Positions 13,333 through 29,346 of a DNA stretch of 64,000 bases are shown here, piece by piece. The position numbers and the translations under genes were made by a program. The notes under the pieces were generated by a model that saw nothing but the letters and a program-made list of their open reading frames with translations, was not told where the DNA came from and searched no databases. How positions within the stretch are numbered: the stretch's first letter is position 1; each line of letters opens with the position of its first letter. The stretch lies in assembly GCF_009914755.1 (NCBI RefSeq), contig NC_060937.1, one strand, 5' to 3'. This DNA is from the human T2T-CHM13v2.0 reference genome, Homo sapiens.

Positions 13333-14535
13333 GATGCATTACTATTGCAATTGTTTTGGGCTGCAACAATCTGTGCCCATACAAGGTGGTGGGCTTGGCA
13401 AATGTTTTGTGTGTTCTGACTGCTCCACTGACCAGTGGTTCCCTCATCTCTCTCCTCCTTCTCTGGCCTCCCTATTCCCTGAGATACAACAATATTGAAA
13501 TTAGGCCAATTAATAATAACCCTACAGTGGCCTCTAAGTGTTCAAGTGAAAGAAAGGGTTGTACATCTTTCACTTTAAATTAAAAGCTAGAAATGATTAG
13601 GCTTGGTGAGGAAGGCATGTTGAAAACCAAGACAGGCTGAAAGCTAGGCCTCTTGTGGCAGTTATCCAAGTGGTGAATGTAAAGAAACAATTTTTGAAGG
13701 AAATTAAAAGTGCTGCTCCAGTGAACATAGGAATGATAACAAAGCAAAACAGCCTTATTGCTGATATGAAGAAAATGTTAATGGTCTGGATAGAAGATCA
13801 AACCAGCCACAGCATTCTCTTAAGCCAAAGCCTAATCCAGAGCAAGGCCCCAACTCTGTTCAATTCTATGAAGGCTCAGAGAGGTGAGGAAACTGCAGAA
13901 AGAAGGCCTGAAGCTAGCAGAGGTTGGCTGAGGTTTAAGGAAAGAAGCCATCTCTATAACGTAACAATGGAAGATGAACCAGCCAGTGCTGATGTAGAAG
14001 CTGCAGCAAGTTCTCCAGAAGATCTAGCTAAGATCATTGATGCAGGTGGCTTCACCACACAACAGATTTTCCATGTAGACAAAACAGCCTTCTATTGGAA
14101 GAAAATGCCATCTAGGACTTCCACAGCCGGAGAGAAGTCAATGGCTGGCTGCAAAGCTTCAGACGACAGGCTGACTCTTGTCAGGGGCTAATGCAGCTGG
14201 TGACTATAAGCTGAAGCCAGTGCTCACTTACCATTCCAAAAATCCTAGGGCCCTTAAGAATTGCGCTAAATCTACTCTTTCTGTGCTCTACAAATGGAAC
14301 GACAAAACCTGGATGACAGCACATCTGTTTACAGAATGGTTTACTGAATTTTAAGCCCAATGTATAGATCTACTGCTCAACAAAAAAGGTTCTTTTCAAA
14401 ATATGACTGCTCACTGGCAAAGCGCCTAGCCATCCAGGAGCTCTGATGGAGAGGTACAAGGAATTTGTTGTTTTCATGCCTGCTAACACAACTTACAATC
14501 TGCAGCCATGGATCAAGGAGTAATTTCAGCTTTCA

Positions 14536-15031
<496 letters not shown>

Positions 15032-16159
15032 AATACATTTTGTAAGGCTATAGCTGCCATAGACAGTGATTCCTCTGATGGATCTGGACGAAGTAAATTG
15101 AAAACCTTCTGGAAAGGATTTGCTATTCTCCTTGCCCTTAAGAGCATTTGATGAATTATGGGAGGAGGTCAGCCTATCAGTATTAACAGGGGTTTGGAAG
15201 AAGTTTACTCTAACTATCTTGGGTGACTTTGAGGGGTTCAAACTTCAGTGAAGAAAGTCACTGTAGATGTGGCAGAAGCAGCAGGAGAACTAGAATTACA
15301 ATTGGAGCCTGAAGATGGGACTGAATTGCTGCAATCTCATGATCAAACTTGAAAGAATGAGGAGTTGCTTCTTATGAGTGAAGAAAGTGGTTTCTTGAGA
15401 TGGAATCCATTCCTGGTGAAGATGTTGTGAACACTGTTGAACTGACAACAAAGGATTTTGAATATCACATAAACTTAGTGGACAAAGCAGCAGCAGTGTT
15501 TGAGATAATTGACTCCAATTTTCAAGGAAGTTCTACTTTAGGTAAATGCTATCAAATAGCATCTCATACTACAGATAAATCTTTCATGAAAGGAAGAGTC
15601 AATTGCTGAGGCAAACTTCATTGTTGTCTTATTTTAAGAAATTGCCACAGCCACCTCAACTTTCAGCAACCACCACCCTAATCAGTCAGCAGCCATAGAC
15701 ATTGACACGAGACCTTCCACCGGCAAAAAGACAATGGCTCACTGAAGGCTTAGATGATCGTTAGGATTTTTAGTAATAAAGTAAGTTAAAATTAAGGTTA
15801 TGTACATTGTTTTTTTTTAAACACAATGCTATTGCACACTTTAATAGACTAGAGTGTAAACCTCTTATACTCATTGGGAAACCAAAAATGTGTGTGACTC
15901 ACTTTATTGCAGTATTTGCTATATTGCAGTAGTGTGGAACCAAACCCTCAATATCTCCAAGGTATGCCTGTATAAGGAATCATCTAATAACTTTTCATCC
16001 ACTAAGGTCCTAAGGCTCATCCATTTGACATGTGTAGCCACAGTCCACTTGTTTCAACTGAAGGACAGGACTTCATGTAGGACTCCACCAAAATGTACGG
16101 ATCCATTCCACTGTCGATGGACATCTGCATGATTTCCAGTGTTCTGTTACTACAGTGCT

Positions 16160-17088
<929 letters not shown>

Positions 17089-17344
17089 TCTTCTTTGCTA
17101 TTAGGTTTCTATTTAAGTCTTTTGCACATCTGCTTATAGGGTTGTTTATCTTTTCCTTATTGATTTGTAGGAACTCTTTAAATATCTTGGATCATTATCC
17201 TTTGTCCTGGGCCTGAACTCAGTCTCCATCCTTTAATTAGCTCTGCAACCTTAGGCAAGTTCCCTGACCTCCCTGAGTCTGTTTCCTTGCATTAAATGAT
17301 GTCACAATACCAATTATGAGGTTGGCAGATGATGTACATGGGGT

Positions 17345-17626
17345 TCTTCTCACTGTGTTGCCCAAGCTGGACTGCAGTGACATAATCATAGCTCACTCCA
17401 GCCTTGAATTCCTGGACTCAAGTGATCCTCCTGCCTCAGCCTCCCCAGTAGCTAGAACTATAGGTTCTATTAGCGCCACCATGCACGGCTAATTTTTTAA
17501 TTTTTTTGTAGAGATAGGGTCTTGCTATGCTGCATAGGCTGGTCTTAAACTCCTGGGCTCAAGTGATCCTCCCACCCTGGCCTCCAAAAGAGCTGGGAGT
17601 ACAGGCACGAGCCACCATGTCTGGCA
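17345..17626 (-). mobile_element. Alu
   Basis: tcactgtgttgcccaagctggactgcagtgac...ctgggagtacaggcacgagccaccatgtctggc. Confidence 0.9.
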
Positions 17627-17806
17627 TAAGGGCAGATTTAAACATTATCAAGGATGCTGAAGATGAAATAGTATTCCAGCCACATTGAGGTCATATATAA
17701 TAGATAAATCTGTGTTTTGGTTGAGAAACTCCCTCACCAAGGAAAGACAGAAGAAAATACACAGCAAGTATTCAGTAACGATTCTGTGATTAAGGATCGA
17801 ACATAC

Positions 17807-17902
17807 CTGAGCGAATCACTGAAATAAATCCCACTTCCAAGGTTTCCGACGTCTGTTCTTTGCACACCACGATCTTCCACTACTTTGGGTAAAAGCAACC
17901 CT
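17807..17902 (-). CDS. PARP4: PARP4 coding exon (catalytic, Tyr of GSGIYF): (R)GLLLPKVVEDRGVQRTDVGNLGSGIYFSDSL(S)
   Basis: Acceptor tcttttcag|AGGGTT and donor CGCTCAG|gtatgt. 96 bp. Confidence 0.8.
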
Positions 17903-19017
17903 CTGAAAAGAGAAGGGCAGGATAAGGTGTAAGCCCAACACTGACTGCATCTCTTCCTTGCTCAGAATTTTGGCAGGTTCCTACTGAACTTCTGGCATTC
18001 AGAGAACTCTGCAATCAGGGTGAAGCCATGGTTGTTTCTGGAAACACAAGGGAAATTTCTGCCTTTTATTAGATAAACATCTATTGTTTGAATTTCACAT
18101 TAGGAGATTGAATGAATTTTGTAAAATAGCTTTTGGGTTTTGGTCCTACTTAGAAAGCTCATCCCTACTTAAAGATTATTTTAAGAAGATTCTCCCATTT
18201 TTCATTTAGTATACTTTTATGGTTTGATTTTAAATATTTAAATATTTGCTCTGTCTGGAGTTAAAGTATGAGAAATGAGGTAAAGGTCCAACTTTATATT
18301 TTTTCCTTGTGGTTACCCATTTATCTCTATAGATAGTATTGAAGAACTTGTCTTTCTTCCACAGAGATAAGATCTACTTGTATCATATCCTAAATCTTCT
18401 GTGTTTTTGGGTTCATTTGTGTTTAATATTAATGTCACCCTCATTGTGCTTCTTTTCCAGAATTATTCTGGTAATTTCAAAATATAAAAAAAATATGTTG
18501 TAGAATCAGCTTTTCACTTCTTTAAAAAAATCTTATTGGTAATTTTATCATGATTGCACTAAATCTATAGACTAATCCAAGAAAAACTGGCATCCTTCTG
18601 ATTCATGCAAGTTGTCTTTTGGGTCCCTCAGTAGCAGTTTAATGGTTTTTTGGTTTTTTCTTTCTTTTCCCCAGGTGGATCTTGTATGTTTCTTTTTAAG
18701 TTTCTTCTGAGTAATTAATGGATCTACATTTAACAATATTTTCTCCTGCTCCTGTGACTTCAGTTTCAGCCCTAATATTAAGTAGTAATTCAAAGCAAAC
18801 AGAATCTTAGAGTTATGTTTCAAATAAACAACTCATGTTGTCTGATGCACACTCTAATTTCTGGACTCTTCTCTTTAAATATTGGGCTATCCCTAGATTA
18901 GATACACATGGAAGACTCATGAATATAGAATCACTTTTCTTCATACGATACAGTCTTCAAGAAGCAATTCATACCTATATACTACACTTTAAAAATAATA
19001 AATACATAATTTTTCAA

Positions 19018-19137
19018 AATAGAGATAAGGTCTTGCTAGGTTTTCCAGGCTGGTCTTGAACCCCTGGCCTCAAGTGATCCTTCTGCCTCAGCCTCCCAAA
19101 GTATTAGGATTACAGGTGTGACCCACCATGCCTGGCC
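19018..19137 (-). mobile_element. Alu fragment (left monomer)
   Basis: gagataaggtcttgctaggttttccaggctggtcttgaacccctggcctcaagtgatccttctgcctcagcctcccaaagtattaggattacaggtgtgacccaccatgcctggcc. Confidence 0.85.
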
Positions 19138-19321
19138 ATAAATATGTAATTTAAATTACACACTTAATTATAAAGTGTGTAATTTTCTCCAGAATGCAGT
19201 AAGCTAGCTGATTTTAACTGAAAAGACTCACGTAATATAGAAAAAAGTAGGAAAAAAAGAAGTAAAACACTTCACATTTGTGAGCCTGAAATTTTTGAAA
19301 AATAAAGATGGCTACTCTTAC

Positions 19322-19459
19322 CGACACAAGATTCCCACGATGTTTTGTACAGGAGAACCATGCAACAAGGGCCTCACATTACCAAGTTTGCTCAAAAACT
19401 CTGTGGTTTCATTCACTCTGCCAACTCTAAATATCTGCAAGACATCCACTGGGCTCTTA
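19322..19459 (-). CDS. PARP4: PARP4 coding exon (catalytic, H-G-S motif): (S)KSPVDVLQIFRVGRVNETTEFLSKLGNVRPLLHGSPVQNIVGILC(R)
   Basis: Acceptor ttcttacag|TAAGAG and donor TGTCG|gtaagag. 138 bp. Confidence 0.8.
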
Positions 19460-19823
19460 CTGTAAGAATTAGAAGAAAAGCCTTTAGATTACATAATTGG
19501 AAACAAAACAAAAAGTCATTATAGCAGAAGAAATCCCAAAAGAGTCCAAATGTCCATTATCAGGAAACTGATTCAATGAGTCACAGCACAGCATATCTTG
19601 GAAGTATTATGTAGGTATTAAAATAACCATATTATTTAACAAAAATAAGGATATGTAGTAAAGTATACAGTAAAATATAAAATTTAAAAGATTACAAAAC
19701 TTTATACATAGTATTATCCCAATTTTGTCAAATAAACAATAGTATATGGAATATATAATTCTTGCTCTGGGCAACAGAGCAAGACCATGTCTTTCAACAA
19801 CAATAAAAAAGAATGCAACTTCT

Positions 19824-20125
19824 GGCTGGGCGCAATGGCTCAGGCCTGTAATCCCAGCACTCTGGGAGGCCAAGGCAGTTAGATCACTGGAGCCCAGAAG
19901 TTTGAGACCAGCCTGGGCAACATGGTGAAACCCCGTCTCTCCTAAAAATACAAAAATTAGCAGGGCATGGTGGTGCACACCTGTAGTCTCAGCTACTCAG
20001 GAGGCTGAGGCAGGAGAATCACTTGAACCCGGGGCGGGGGGTGGTGTAGAGGTTGCAATGAGCCGAGATCGCGCCACTGCACTCCAGACTGGGCGACAGA
20101 ACGAGACTCTGTCTCAAAGAAAAGA
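19824..20125 (+). mobile_element. Alu
   Basis: ggctgggcgcaatggctcaggcctgtaatcccagcactctgggaggccaaggcag...gacagaacgagactctgtctcaaag. Confidence 0.9.
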
Positions 20126-20134
20126 AAGTTATCG

Positions 20135-20451
<317 letters not shown>

Positions 20452-21520
20452 TTAGGAAACCAAGCAGGTTTGGAGAGAGGGTTGTCAAGAAAGTACTCTC
20501 TTGGGAGGTGACATTTATTGGAATGTGGCACCATAAAATGTCTATTTTAAGACCTCACTGGTTGTGATGGGTTGGATGGGGCAGGAGTAGAGGGGAGCAT
20601 CTGGAAGGACACTGTAGACAGGATAACAGGATCTGGATTAAAGATGGCGGCAGAGTGAATGGAAGTAGCCAACAGATGAAGGACACTTTGAAGGCAGAAT
20701 TGACAGAACATGGTTATGTGGGGATGAGGGACAGAGAGACCCCACACTGGCTCTGAGTGGGTAGCTAAGATGGGGCAGTTGTTGGGGGAGACGGGGGTAC
20801 GGCTGAGGGCAGCTGTGGTGGGAGGAAGGGCACATCTTCCCAACCCCATGTCCAGTGGCCTCAGGTCAGCACCTTGACATTAGCTGTGGTGGGAGTATTT
20901 GCTTCCCAGAACTCAGCAAATATTCCAGACCAGGACTTTTCCTTCACAGAGCTGGCTTACCAGCACACCCCCGGGTGAGCAGCATCGGGGTGATTCAGGC
21001 TGGGTTATGTTCTACACCCAAATGTTAACAGTGGTTATATTATCTCAGGGTTGTCTTTGGGTGGTGAGATTTTGAGTGATTTTTAATTTTCTTCATATTT
21101 TTAGATATTTTCTAAGCTTTTAGAAAAGAACATGAGTTTTATAACTAGAAAAAAGTAATATAAAGAAATCATGATTAGTGAAATGAAGGAAATCTAACTT
21201 TTCACAGCAGCAGGATCTTTCCCTAGGAAGAAGCCCACTTTAGCTGTGTGACTGCTTTTGTACTTAGGGGGTGGGGTGGCTCGCCAAGGGCTTGCTCAGG
21301 TAGCCCTGGAGGGCTGAACTGCAGCTGCCACTCCCGGGGCTTGACGTGGCTCTTCCTGTCTTCCTGGAGAAAGCTTATTGCCCTCCCGATTCTACCTTCC
21401 ATGTCACCGGACTCTTACTTAGTACAGATCTCAGCGGACACCTAGGGGAGGGTCAAAAGTCAAACCAAAAGAATTTGATTACATATAAAAACAAAATCTG
21501 GAGAAGGCCTGTGGGAATGA

Positions 21521-21826
<306 letters not shown>

Positions 21827-21839
21827 TAAAGTGAAATTC

Positions 21840-22480
21840 CAAAAAGATAAAATTAACCATTAAGTGTACAATTTGGTAGTATTTAGTACAGAACATTCAA
21901 AATGTCATGTAATCACCACCTCTAGTTCCAAAATTTTTATTTGCCCAAAAGAAAACCCCGTACCTTTTGGCTGTCAGTCCCCAACCCTCCCTCTAATGGC
22001 ACCACACAATTTGCTGTCTCCGTGGATTTATCTATTCTAGATATTTCATATAAACAGAATCGTACAATATGTGGCTTCTTTCACTCAGCGTAATATTTTT
22101 GAGGTTCACCCATTTGTAGTATGTGTCAGTGCTTCATTACTTTTTCATGGCCGAATAATATTCTATTACATATATTTATCACGTTTTGTTTATCCACTTC
22201 CCTGTTGATGAACATTTGGGTTATTTAACCACCTTTTGGCTGTTGTGAATAGTGTTGCTATGAATATTCATGTACAAGTACCTATTTGAGTACTTGCTTT
22301 CAATTCCTTTGAGTATAGAACTAGGAGTGGAATTGCTGGGTCTTATCGTAATCAAGTTTAATTTGTTGAGGAATCATCTAACGCAGGCTGCATCATTTTT
22401 CCCTCCCATCAGCAATGTGTGATGCTTTCAGTCTCTCTATATCCTCACCAACACTTATAATTTTCCATTAAAAAGAAATC
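21840..22480 (+). mobile_element. Ancient L1 (L1M-type) 3'-end fragment
   Basis: cattaagtgtacaatttggtagtatttagtacag...gaaaaccccgtaccttttggctgtcagtccccaaccctccc...tatttcatataaacagaatcgtacaatatgtggcttctttcactcagcgtaatatttttgaggttcacccattt...gaactaggagtggaattgctgggtc...ccatcagcaatgtgtgatgc matches the conserved 3' block of old mammalian L1s. Confidence 0.6.
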
Positions 22481-22485
22481 ATATG

Positions 22486-22812
<327 letters not shown>

Positions 22813-23824
22813 TTAGTAAATGTGAAGTGGTTTTGGGAATGGATTTTGAGAATGATAAAGGAAAGTAGAACATAATTTTAGATGGGTCTGAGTCAGGCCA
22901 TAAGGTAAGAGTGGCTGGGTGTGGTTTTAGTGGGGCTCTGGAAAACCAGCTCTCTAAACAACAGCAGCAACGCCCCCGCACAGCCCTGATTTGCAGCATT
23001 TGCTGATTTCCATGGCGCAAATCCTCCCCGTGTCCAATTTCAAGCTACCCATGGTTTAACAACCAGCTCACCAAATCTCTTAAATGTTGACAACTGGCTC
23101 TCATAAGCTGGTGTGTGCGGCTACAACTCACCACCATTTGTTCTAAGGGCTGTGCCAAGCTGACGAAGAGGAACTGCTGCAATGGAATGAACCACCAGGT
23201 CAAAAGAGTCAGTCCCATGCTTGAGAACAAGCATGCAATGGGGTTTCCAAACTGAGAAGCTGGGCACAGACTCAGCCACGGTGACCCTCAGGGGTGCTGA
23301 CACCCAGCAAGGGCTCATCTGAGCAGGTGGTCCATCATGTTTGTTGTTACTGGAGAATGCCCCTCAGCGCAGGACCCTGGGTATGCACAGTGAATGAGGG
23401 CCCAAGTGTAACTGGTATTTAGGAACGTGTTTTCCAGGTTTTCAGGGGCAGTTTTTCATGCCACAGAGAGGCCACGTTAGAGACGCCATACCCATATTCC
23501 TGCACATTTAAATCAGTTTAAGTGGCTTTTTCTCTGTAATAACCTACAAAATACAAACTCAAACACGTTTTAAAATTTTTAAATTTAACCCTCAACAAGA
23601 TTAGGTAACCTTGAAATCGGAGTGGAATATAGAGGGTGTTTTCAAGCACAGAAAACTGCCCCAGGCACCGTTCTGAACAGAGAAGAAAGTAATGTGTCAT
23701 CACACCACCGCTACTGTGGCTTGTTGCTGAAGATTATCTAGGTAATTACTGTAATTAGCTCTTTAACGGAGTCTCAAAGAGCATTATATTATAACAGATC
23801 CTGAGATATTTCCTTTATGCTTAC

Positions 23825-23985
23825 CTGTGATGATTCTGCAAAACCTCTTTTCTAACCCTGAGAAATTCTTCAGTATTCTGTTCAACATGCTCAATTTTGC
23901 ACCTCAAAGCTCGGTATTTGGCCAGGGATGGTGGGTTGGGTTTGGACAAATTAGTTTCACAGACATTAACCATGTCTCTTATTAG
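23825..23985 (-). CDS. PARP4: PARP4 coding exon (start of PARP catalytic region): LIRDMVNVCETNLSKPNPPSLAKYRALRCKIEHVEQNTEEFLRVRKEVLQNHH(S)
   Basis: Acceptor tccacctacag|CTAATA and donor CACAG|gtaagc. 161 bp. Confidence 0.8.
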
Positions 23986-24111
23986 CTGTAGGTGGAAATA
24001 ATACACAGATGTCAGAATCACCACATGTCAAAATTAATATTTATATCACATTAACACTTTCTCAAAAAGATAGGAAAAGTCCATTTTCCCCCAAAGCTTG
24101 TTTTACTTTAT

Positions 24112-24222
24112 TTATTTTTGAGATGGGTCTTGCTCTCACCCACGCTGGAGTGTAGTGGCATGACCATAGCTCATTGCAGCCTCAACCTCCTGAGTTCAAT
24201 AGATCCTCCTACCTTAGCCTCC
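24112..24222 (-). mobile_element. Alu fragment
   Basis: gagatgggtcttgctctcacccacgctggagtgtagtggcatgaccatagctcattgcagcctcaacctcctgagttcaatagatcctcctaccttagcctcc. Confidence 0.8.
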
Positions 24223-24277
24223 AGAATTGTATTTGAATGGGCACTATACGTTCCCTCTTAGCAACACTCATGATTGA

Positions 24278-24575
<298 letters not shown>

Positions 24576-25577
24576 GACAGACTCTTTATGTTTGATGTTA
24601 GGTAAATCATAGAATTTTAAATTTGGAAGGGTCTTATATTTTCTCATTGACCAGTTCTTTCCTTATTTTGGATTACTGATTCCTCTGGGAATCTGTTGAA
24701 AGCGATTATTTCCCAAACATGCAAAATTTCACATCTATAAACTCCTCTGAAGTCTAGGACACAAATCTCTGATCTTGGCCAAATCCCTGCATGCACAGAT
24801 GAGGGAACACGGACCAAGAGAGTGACTTCAGCCTAGTCTAAGGCAGGGTTGGCTGCTGTGGCTGCCTTCCTCTACTCACTAAGCCTGCTTCTCTCCTGGC
24901 AGCTCAGAGGAGATGGCCCATTTCTGAGCAGCCACAGTGGCTCCAATCTCCTCACCAGTGACTGGTTTGAGATTGTGCACATGACTTCATTCTGACCAGA
25001 GAAATATGAGTCTGCCAGGGGCTTCCTCTATGTGACACAAAAAGAACTATTACAGATGGGATGCCATGAACTACTGCAGCCATCTGCAGATCACGAGGAA
25101 GCCAGGCTAAGAGCAGAGCCGTCACTCTACAGGAAGTACAGAGGGACGGAAGGAGGCTGGGACCCTGATAACACTGACACACTGAGTCTCGGGGTGACCT
25201 GGGCCAGCAGGCAGCCCACAGCTGGACTTCTTATTGTCTGAGAACGTAAATGTCCTTATCGTTTAAGTCAGCTGCAGTTTCCCCTTTCTCCTGCAGAGGA
25301 TCCGAACTCATTCCAGAGTCTGAAAAGTTATTTTACAAGATAGCAATTTTAAACCTATTTCTGCACTTATGTCACTGTGCCAACATATTCACATTTGAAA
25401 ATATGGTTTAACTTTCATAAGGATCCAGGGCTTTCTAAAATGGTTCAACAATTTATTTTCTAGTACAACTCTGGAGACAATTTCATGATTCAGTGTTACC
25501 TCATTCATCAGATTTCTAAAGACCCCCACCCTCAACATATTTTATAATAAATAGAATTCTATATTTCAGAGGTTTAC

Positions 25578-25751
25578 CTGGCAGAGGTCTGCTTTCTTAG
25601 CCAATAGTCCCAGGTTCACTTCTTTGGGCATTGTGCCTTTGTGAGGTATCAGTCTGTAAAACTCTGTCATCATCTTTTGCAATTGCTCTGCTGTTTCTCC
25701 ATTTTTCAGTGCTGCCTTTACTAGAAGGAGAATCCCCTCTGCCTTGCTCAC
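25578..25751 (-). CDS. PARP4: PARP4 coding exon: VSKAEGILLLVKAALKNGETAEQLQKMMTEFYRLIPHKGTMPKEVNLGLLAKKADLCQ
   Basis: Acceptor ctgttgaaag|GTGAGC (weak polypyrimidine tract) and donor TGCCAG|gtaaacc. 174 bp. Confidence 0.75.
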
Positions 25752-26752
25752 CTTTCAACAGATCATATATGCTTATTACAATGAAATCTCAATACAGAAA
25801 TTAAGGAGCATGCACAAAACTATATAAATAATTGTTAGACATGTCAAGACTATCCATTTTCTACTGGAGAGCCTTCACAAAGCAAATGCTGATCTTTATT
25901 GGAGACGTATCTCAGTTGTGGCAAAGATGCCATGAGGATTGTTGCAAAACTAGGCTCAGTTTTACTAGAAGAAAGAACCAGAGTCTTATATTTCTATACA
26001 TATGTGGACACATCTACATACCTATACACAGAGAGAGAAACACTAATGCAACTGTGATAGACTTGCTTTTCACATGAGAAATTTAGAAAGCTGTCAGAAT
26101 CAGACCAGGGATAAAAACCTCCTGAATGTGTTTCTAATTACACAAGTACTTCATGGGCTTTATCCCAGTTAGCCATTTTCTCCTTGAGATAAATTAGTTT
26201 AATTCCACAGAGGAAAATTGACCATATTATTTCAATACAACAATGCAGTTGCACAAGTTGTACCATTGGGGTATCTTCTTTTGTCTGCTCTTTTCATTGC
26301 AATTATGCTTAATCAAGAAGGGAAGAACATTTTCTGGTGGTCTGGAGGCATGCCTGCCTTTCCTAAGACAGAAGGTGCGAGACTGTGGAGTCACTAGGAA
26401 ATGGACTGCGGTTAGGGCATCTGACTGGGGACCAAGACCACCCATAACCCTCCAGCTTCCTGCAAGCCTCTTGGCACAGAGGATCAGGCCTCCTAATTGG
26501 CCAGCACCAGAAGCCTGCCTTCGATCAGCTCTTGAGGCTGACATTTTACAGACAGGGATGTCTAGTTTTCTCAGAAGCTTTTCTCCTTAGTGCTGTTAGT
26601 GGTCTCTTTCTTCAGTACCGGTACAAGGAAAGAACATTTAGGAATGAATTCCAGAGCAGTCAGGCCAGCATGCAAACACACGTGTTATTGCTGAAGCCAA
26701 TCAACCAGGAGGCAGATTTTTCACATTCTGTTTCAGCGACACACCAACTTAC

Positions 26753-26890
26753 ATCGTTGAGGCTAATCCTGTTCACTGGCTTGAGAAGCATGTGTTCCAG
26801 GTGGCCCAGGGCCTCTGCCCAAATCATCTCTACTAAATCGCTCACCTCTTGGCTCAGAGTGCTTGAATTCATGACTTCCTCCAAAAGCAA
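26753..26890 (-). CDS. PARP4: PARP4 coding exon: LLLEEVMNSSTLSQEVSDLVEMIWAEALGHLEHMLLKPVNRISLND
   Basis: Acceptor ttgtag|TTGCTT and donor AACGAT|gtaagt. 138 bp. Confidence 0.8.
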
Positions 26891-27359
26891 CTACAATAAT
26901 AAAATAGAAATGCCACCAAAAAGTCATCATGTGTGAGTTTGTGTAAAACTTACATGGGCCAACGAACAGAGGTGTGAGGAGAAATAATTGATTAGAGCCC
27001 AGGAGAGTCATCCCCAGCCAGGTAACTAAATCCTTTCTCTACTAGATCCTCCCTCTGTCTTCCTCCATTCTCTCTTCTCTGATTCCCTCCTACCCGCTTT
27101 TCTTCCTGTTCTATTTTTTTCCTTCACCCTGTAAGCTCTAGGCCTGTCAGTAGTAGTCAACACACGAAGTCAGGATTAAGGACCCTTGACTCATGGCCTA
27201 GGTTGTAAAGACATCTCCCAAAAGCTGGGAGGGTCTGCTGCTGAAATAAGCAATACATCTCCTGTCTTGTTCTAAAACACATTCCCCACTCAACTTCCAT
27301 GCCTTTCTATGAGTTCAGATTTCCTTTTCTGAACTCCTCCTCTTCCCTCCTGACATTTA

Positions 27360-27649
27360 TTTATTTACTTGAGACAGGGTCTTGCTGTATTGCCCAGGTT
27401 GGGGTGCAGTGGCATGATCATAGCTCACTGTAACCTCGAACTGCTGAATTCAAGTGGTCCTCCTGCCTCAGCCTCATGAGTAGCTAAGACTACAGGTACA
27501 CCACCATTCCTGGGTAATGTTTTTCAGTTTACGTAGAAATGGGTCTCTCTATGTTGCCAAGGCTGGTCTTGAACTCCTGGCCTCAAGTGATCCTCCTGCC
27601 TTGGCCTCCCAAACTGCTGGGATACAGGCATGAGCCACCAAGCCTGGCC
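27360..27649 (-). mobile_element. Alu
   Basis: gagacagggtcttgctgtattgcccaggttggggtgcagtggc...gatacaggcatgagccaccaagcctggcc. Confidence 0.9.
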
Positions 27650-27729
27650 CAGTCTTTTATTTGTAATAGAGAAAACATTTCTATTAAAAATATTCAATCA
27701 ACAACAAAAAAATTATAAATCAATCTCAC

Positions 27730-27879
27730 TGCTTGCAATTGTTCAGATGCTAATTGGGTTGCTTCAGGTGTGAAATGTTCTCTTAGTAGAAATCCTTGTT
27801 TCTTCAGTTCTTCAATGTAATTTTCAAAGTATTCACTTGCATCTTCAGAGGTTTTCTTTATAGCAAACTGTCTTCTAGT
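27730..27879 (-). CDS. PARP4: PARP4 coding exon: TRRQFAIKKTSEDASEYFENYIEELKKQGFLLREHFTPEATQLASEQLQA
   Basis: Acceptor ataattcacag|ACTAGA and donor CAAGCA|gtgagatt. 150 bp. Confidence 0.8.
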
Positions 27880-28037
27880 CTGTGAATTATGGTGTATAGC
27901 AAAAGTACAGTCATTATTTACATATCTAGCTTTATTGAACATAAATAAAGCATTAGGTCCTTGACATGAAGAAGCTTAGAAATTAGTTTTTTTCAAAGAA
28001 TTACTTAAATTTTAAATTCTTTTTCTTTTCTTTTTCT

Positions 28038-28327
<290 letters not shown>

Positions 28328-29139
28328 AGAATTACCAAAATTTTAAACTCTTAATAGCCTAAAACCTGGAGGTAGAGGGGAAAAAGCTTGAGAATGCACA
28401 GCAGACAGAAAAGATCATTTGTTTCACTGGAGAGTTACTCAAAGCTTCCTTCCAAGTCTACAGACTCCTTACAAACCAGTCTAACTAGCTTGTAAATCTG
28501 GTTTTCCAGCTTTTTGGAAATGAGAAAAAAAAAATCTGGAGGGGAAGGGGAAGAAAAGAAAAATACTTCAGAAAGGAAGAACTGTTAGAGACGGGCACAC
28601 AGCGAAAATGAAATCACAGCCAGTAGACAGGCAGGAAAGTTATTAGGTCATGCACATGTTAAAGGCTCCAGCTCCTCCCTCATCCCAAACTGCCTGTGGA
28701 GGCGGCACTTTCTGCTCTTCTGGGCAACTCCTGCCCCTGTAGTAGGCAGTGATCCTAACATTAACCCCAGGAAAATCTGGAAGAACCTGCCCCAGCTCAA
28801 AGCCATGGTGTCCTTGTAGGTGTTGGTTGAGCCCCTGGCTTGGGGGTGTGGACCCCTGGGAAGCCACACTACTCAGGATACCCATAAGCCGCCCTCCCAG
28901 ATAGGGGGGCCGCAGGATGCCTCTGAAACTTGGAAAATAGGAGTGCCTGTTGAAGTCACTCCATTTAAGACGGTAGAGTTTAACATAATTTTGGAAGATT
29001 CCCATCAAAATGGTTTTATTAAGCAGAAGGGCAGGCTGGAAAATCCTCTTCAGCAGAACGGTGGACTGAGGCTCACTGCTATCAAGGTGGACAGGCTTCT
29101 CTGCTCAGCAAACCAGGCTCACCCAGGGGTGCTCTACAC

Positions 29140-29346
29140 AGACTCGGGCTCGCTAAGGGAGGAAGGCACCCTGAGGGATGTCCTGGCCTACACGATGCTA
29201 CGGTTTTCTTTCTCAATGAAGAAAACAACGACACATTCTATCATCTCTACAGACTCGGGCTTGCTAAGGGAGGAAGGCACCCTGAGGGATGTCCTGGCCT
29301 AAACGATGCTATGGTTTTCTTTCTCAATGAAGAAAACAATAACACA
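29140..29346 (+). repeat. Two tandem copies of a ~103-bp unit inside an unclassified (possibly LTR-derived) repeat
   Basis: cagactcgggct(c/t)gctaagggaggaaggcaccctgagggatgtcctggccta(c/a)acgatgcta(c/t)ggttttctttctcaatgaagaaaacaa(c/t)(g/a)acacattctatcat occurs twice in a row at 29140 and 29243. Confidence 0.7.

Noticed and set aside
13655-14191. 178-aa ORF as a candidate host gene
   Set aside because: It is the N-terminal (CENP-B/pogo-like) part of the Tigger1 transposase. Downstream transposase sequence is frameshifted and interrupted by Alu insertions.
28820-29302. 160-aa ORF
   Set aside because: It is generated by the 103-bp tandem duplication and surrounding repeat, and both strands are open there. 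There are no gene-like signals.
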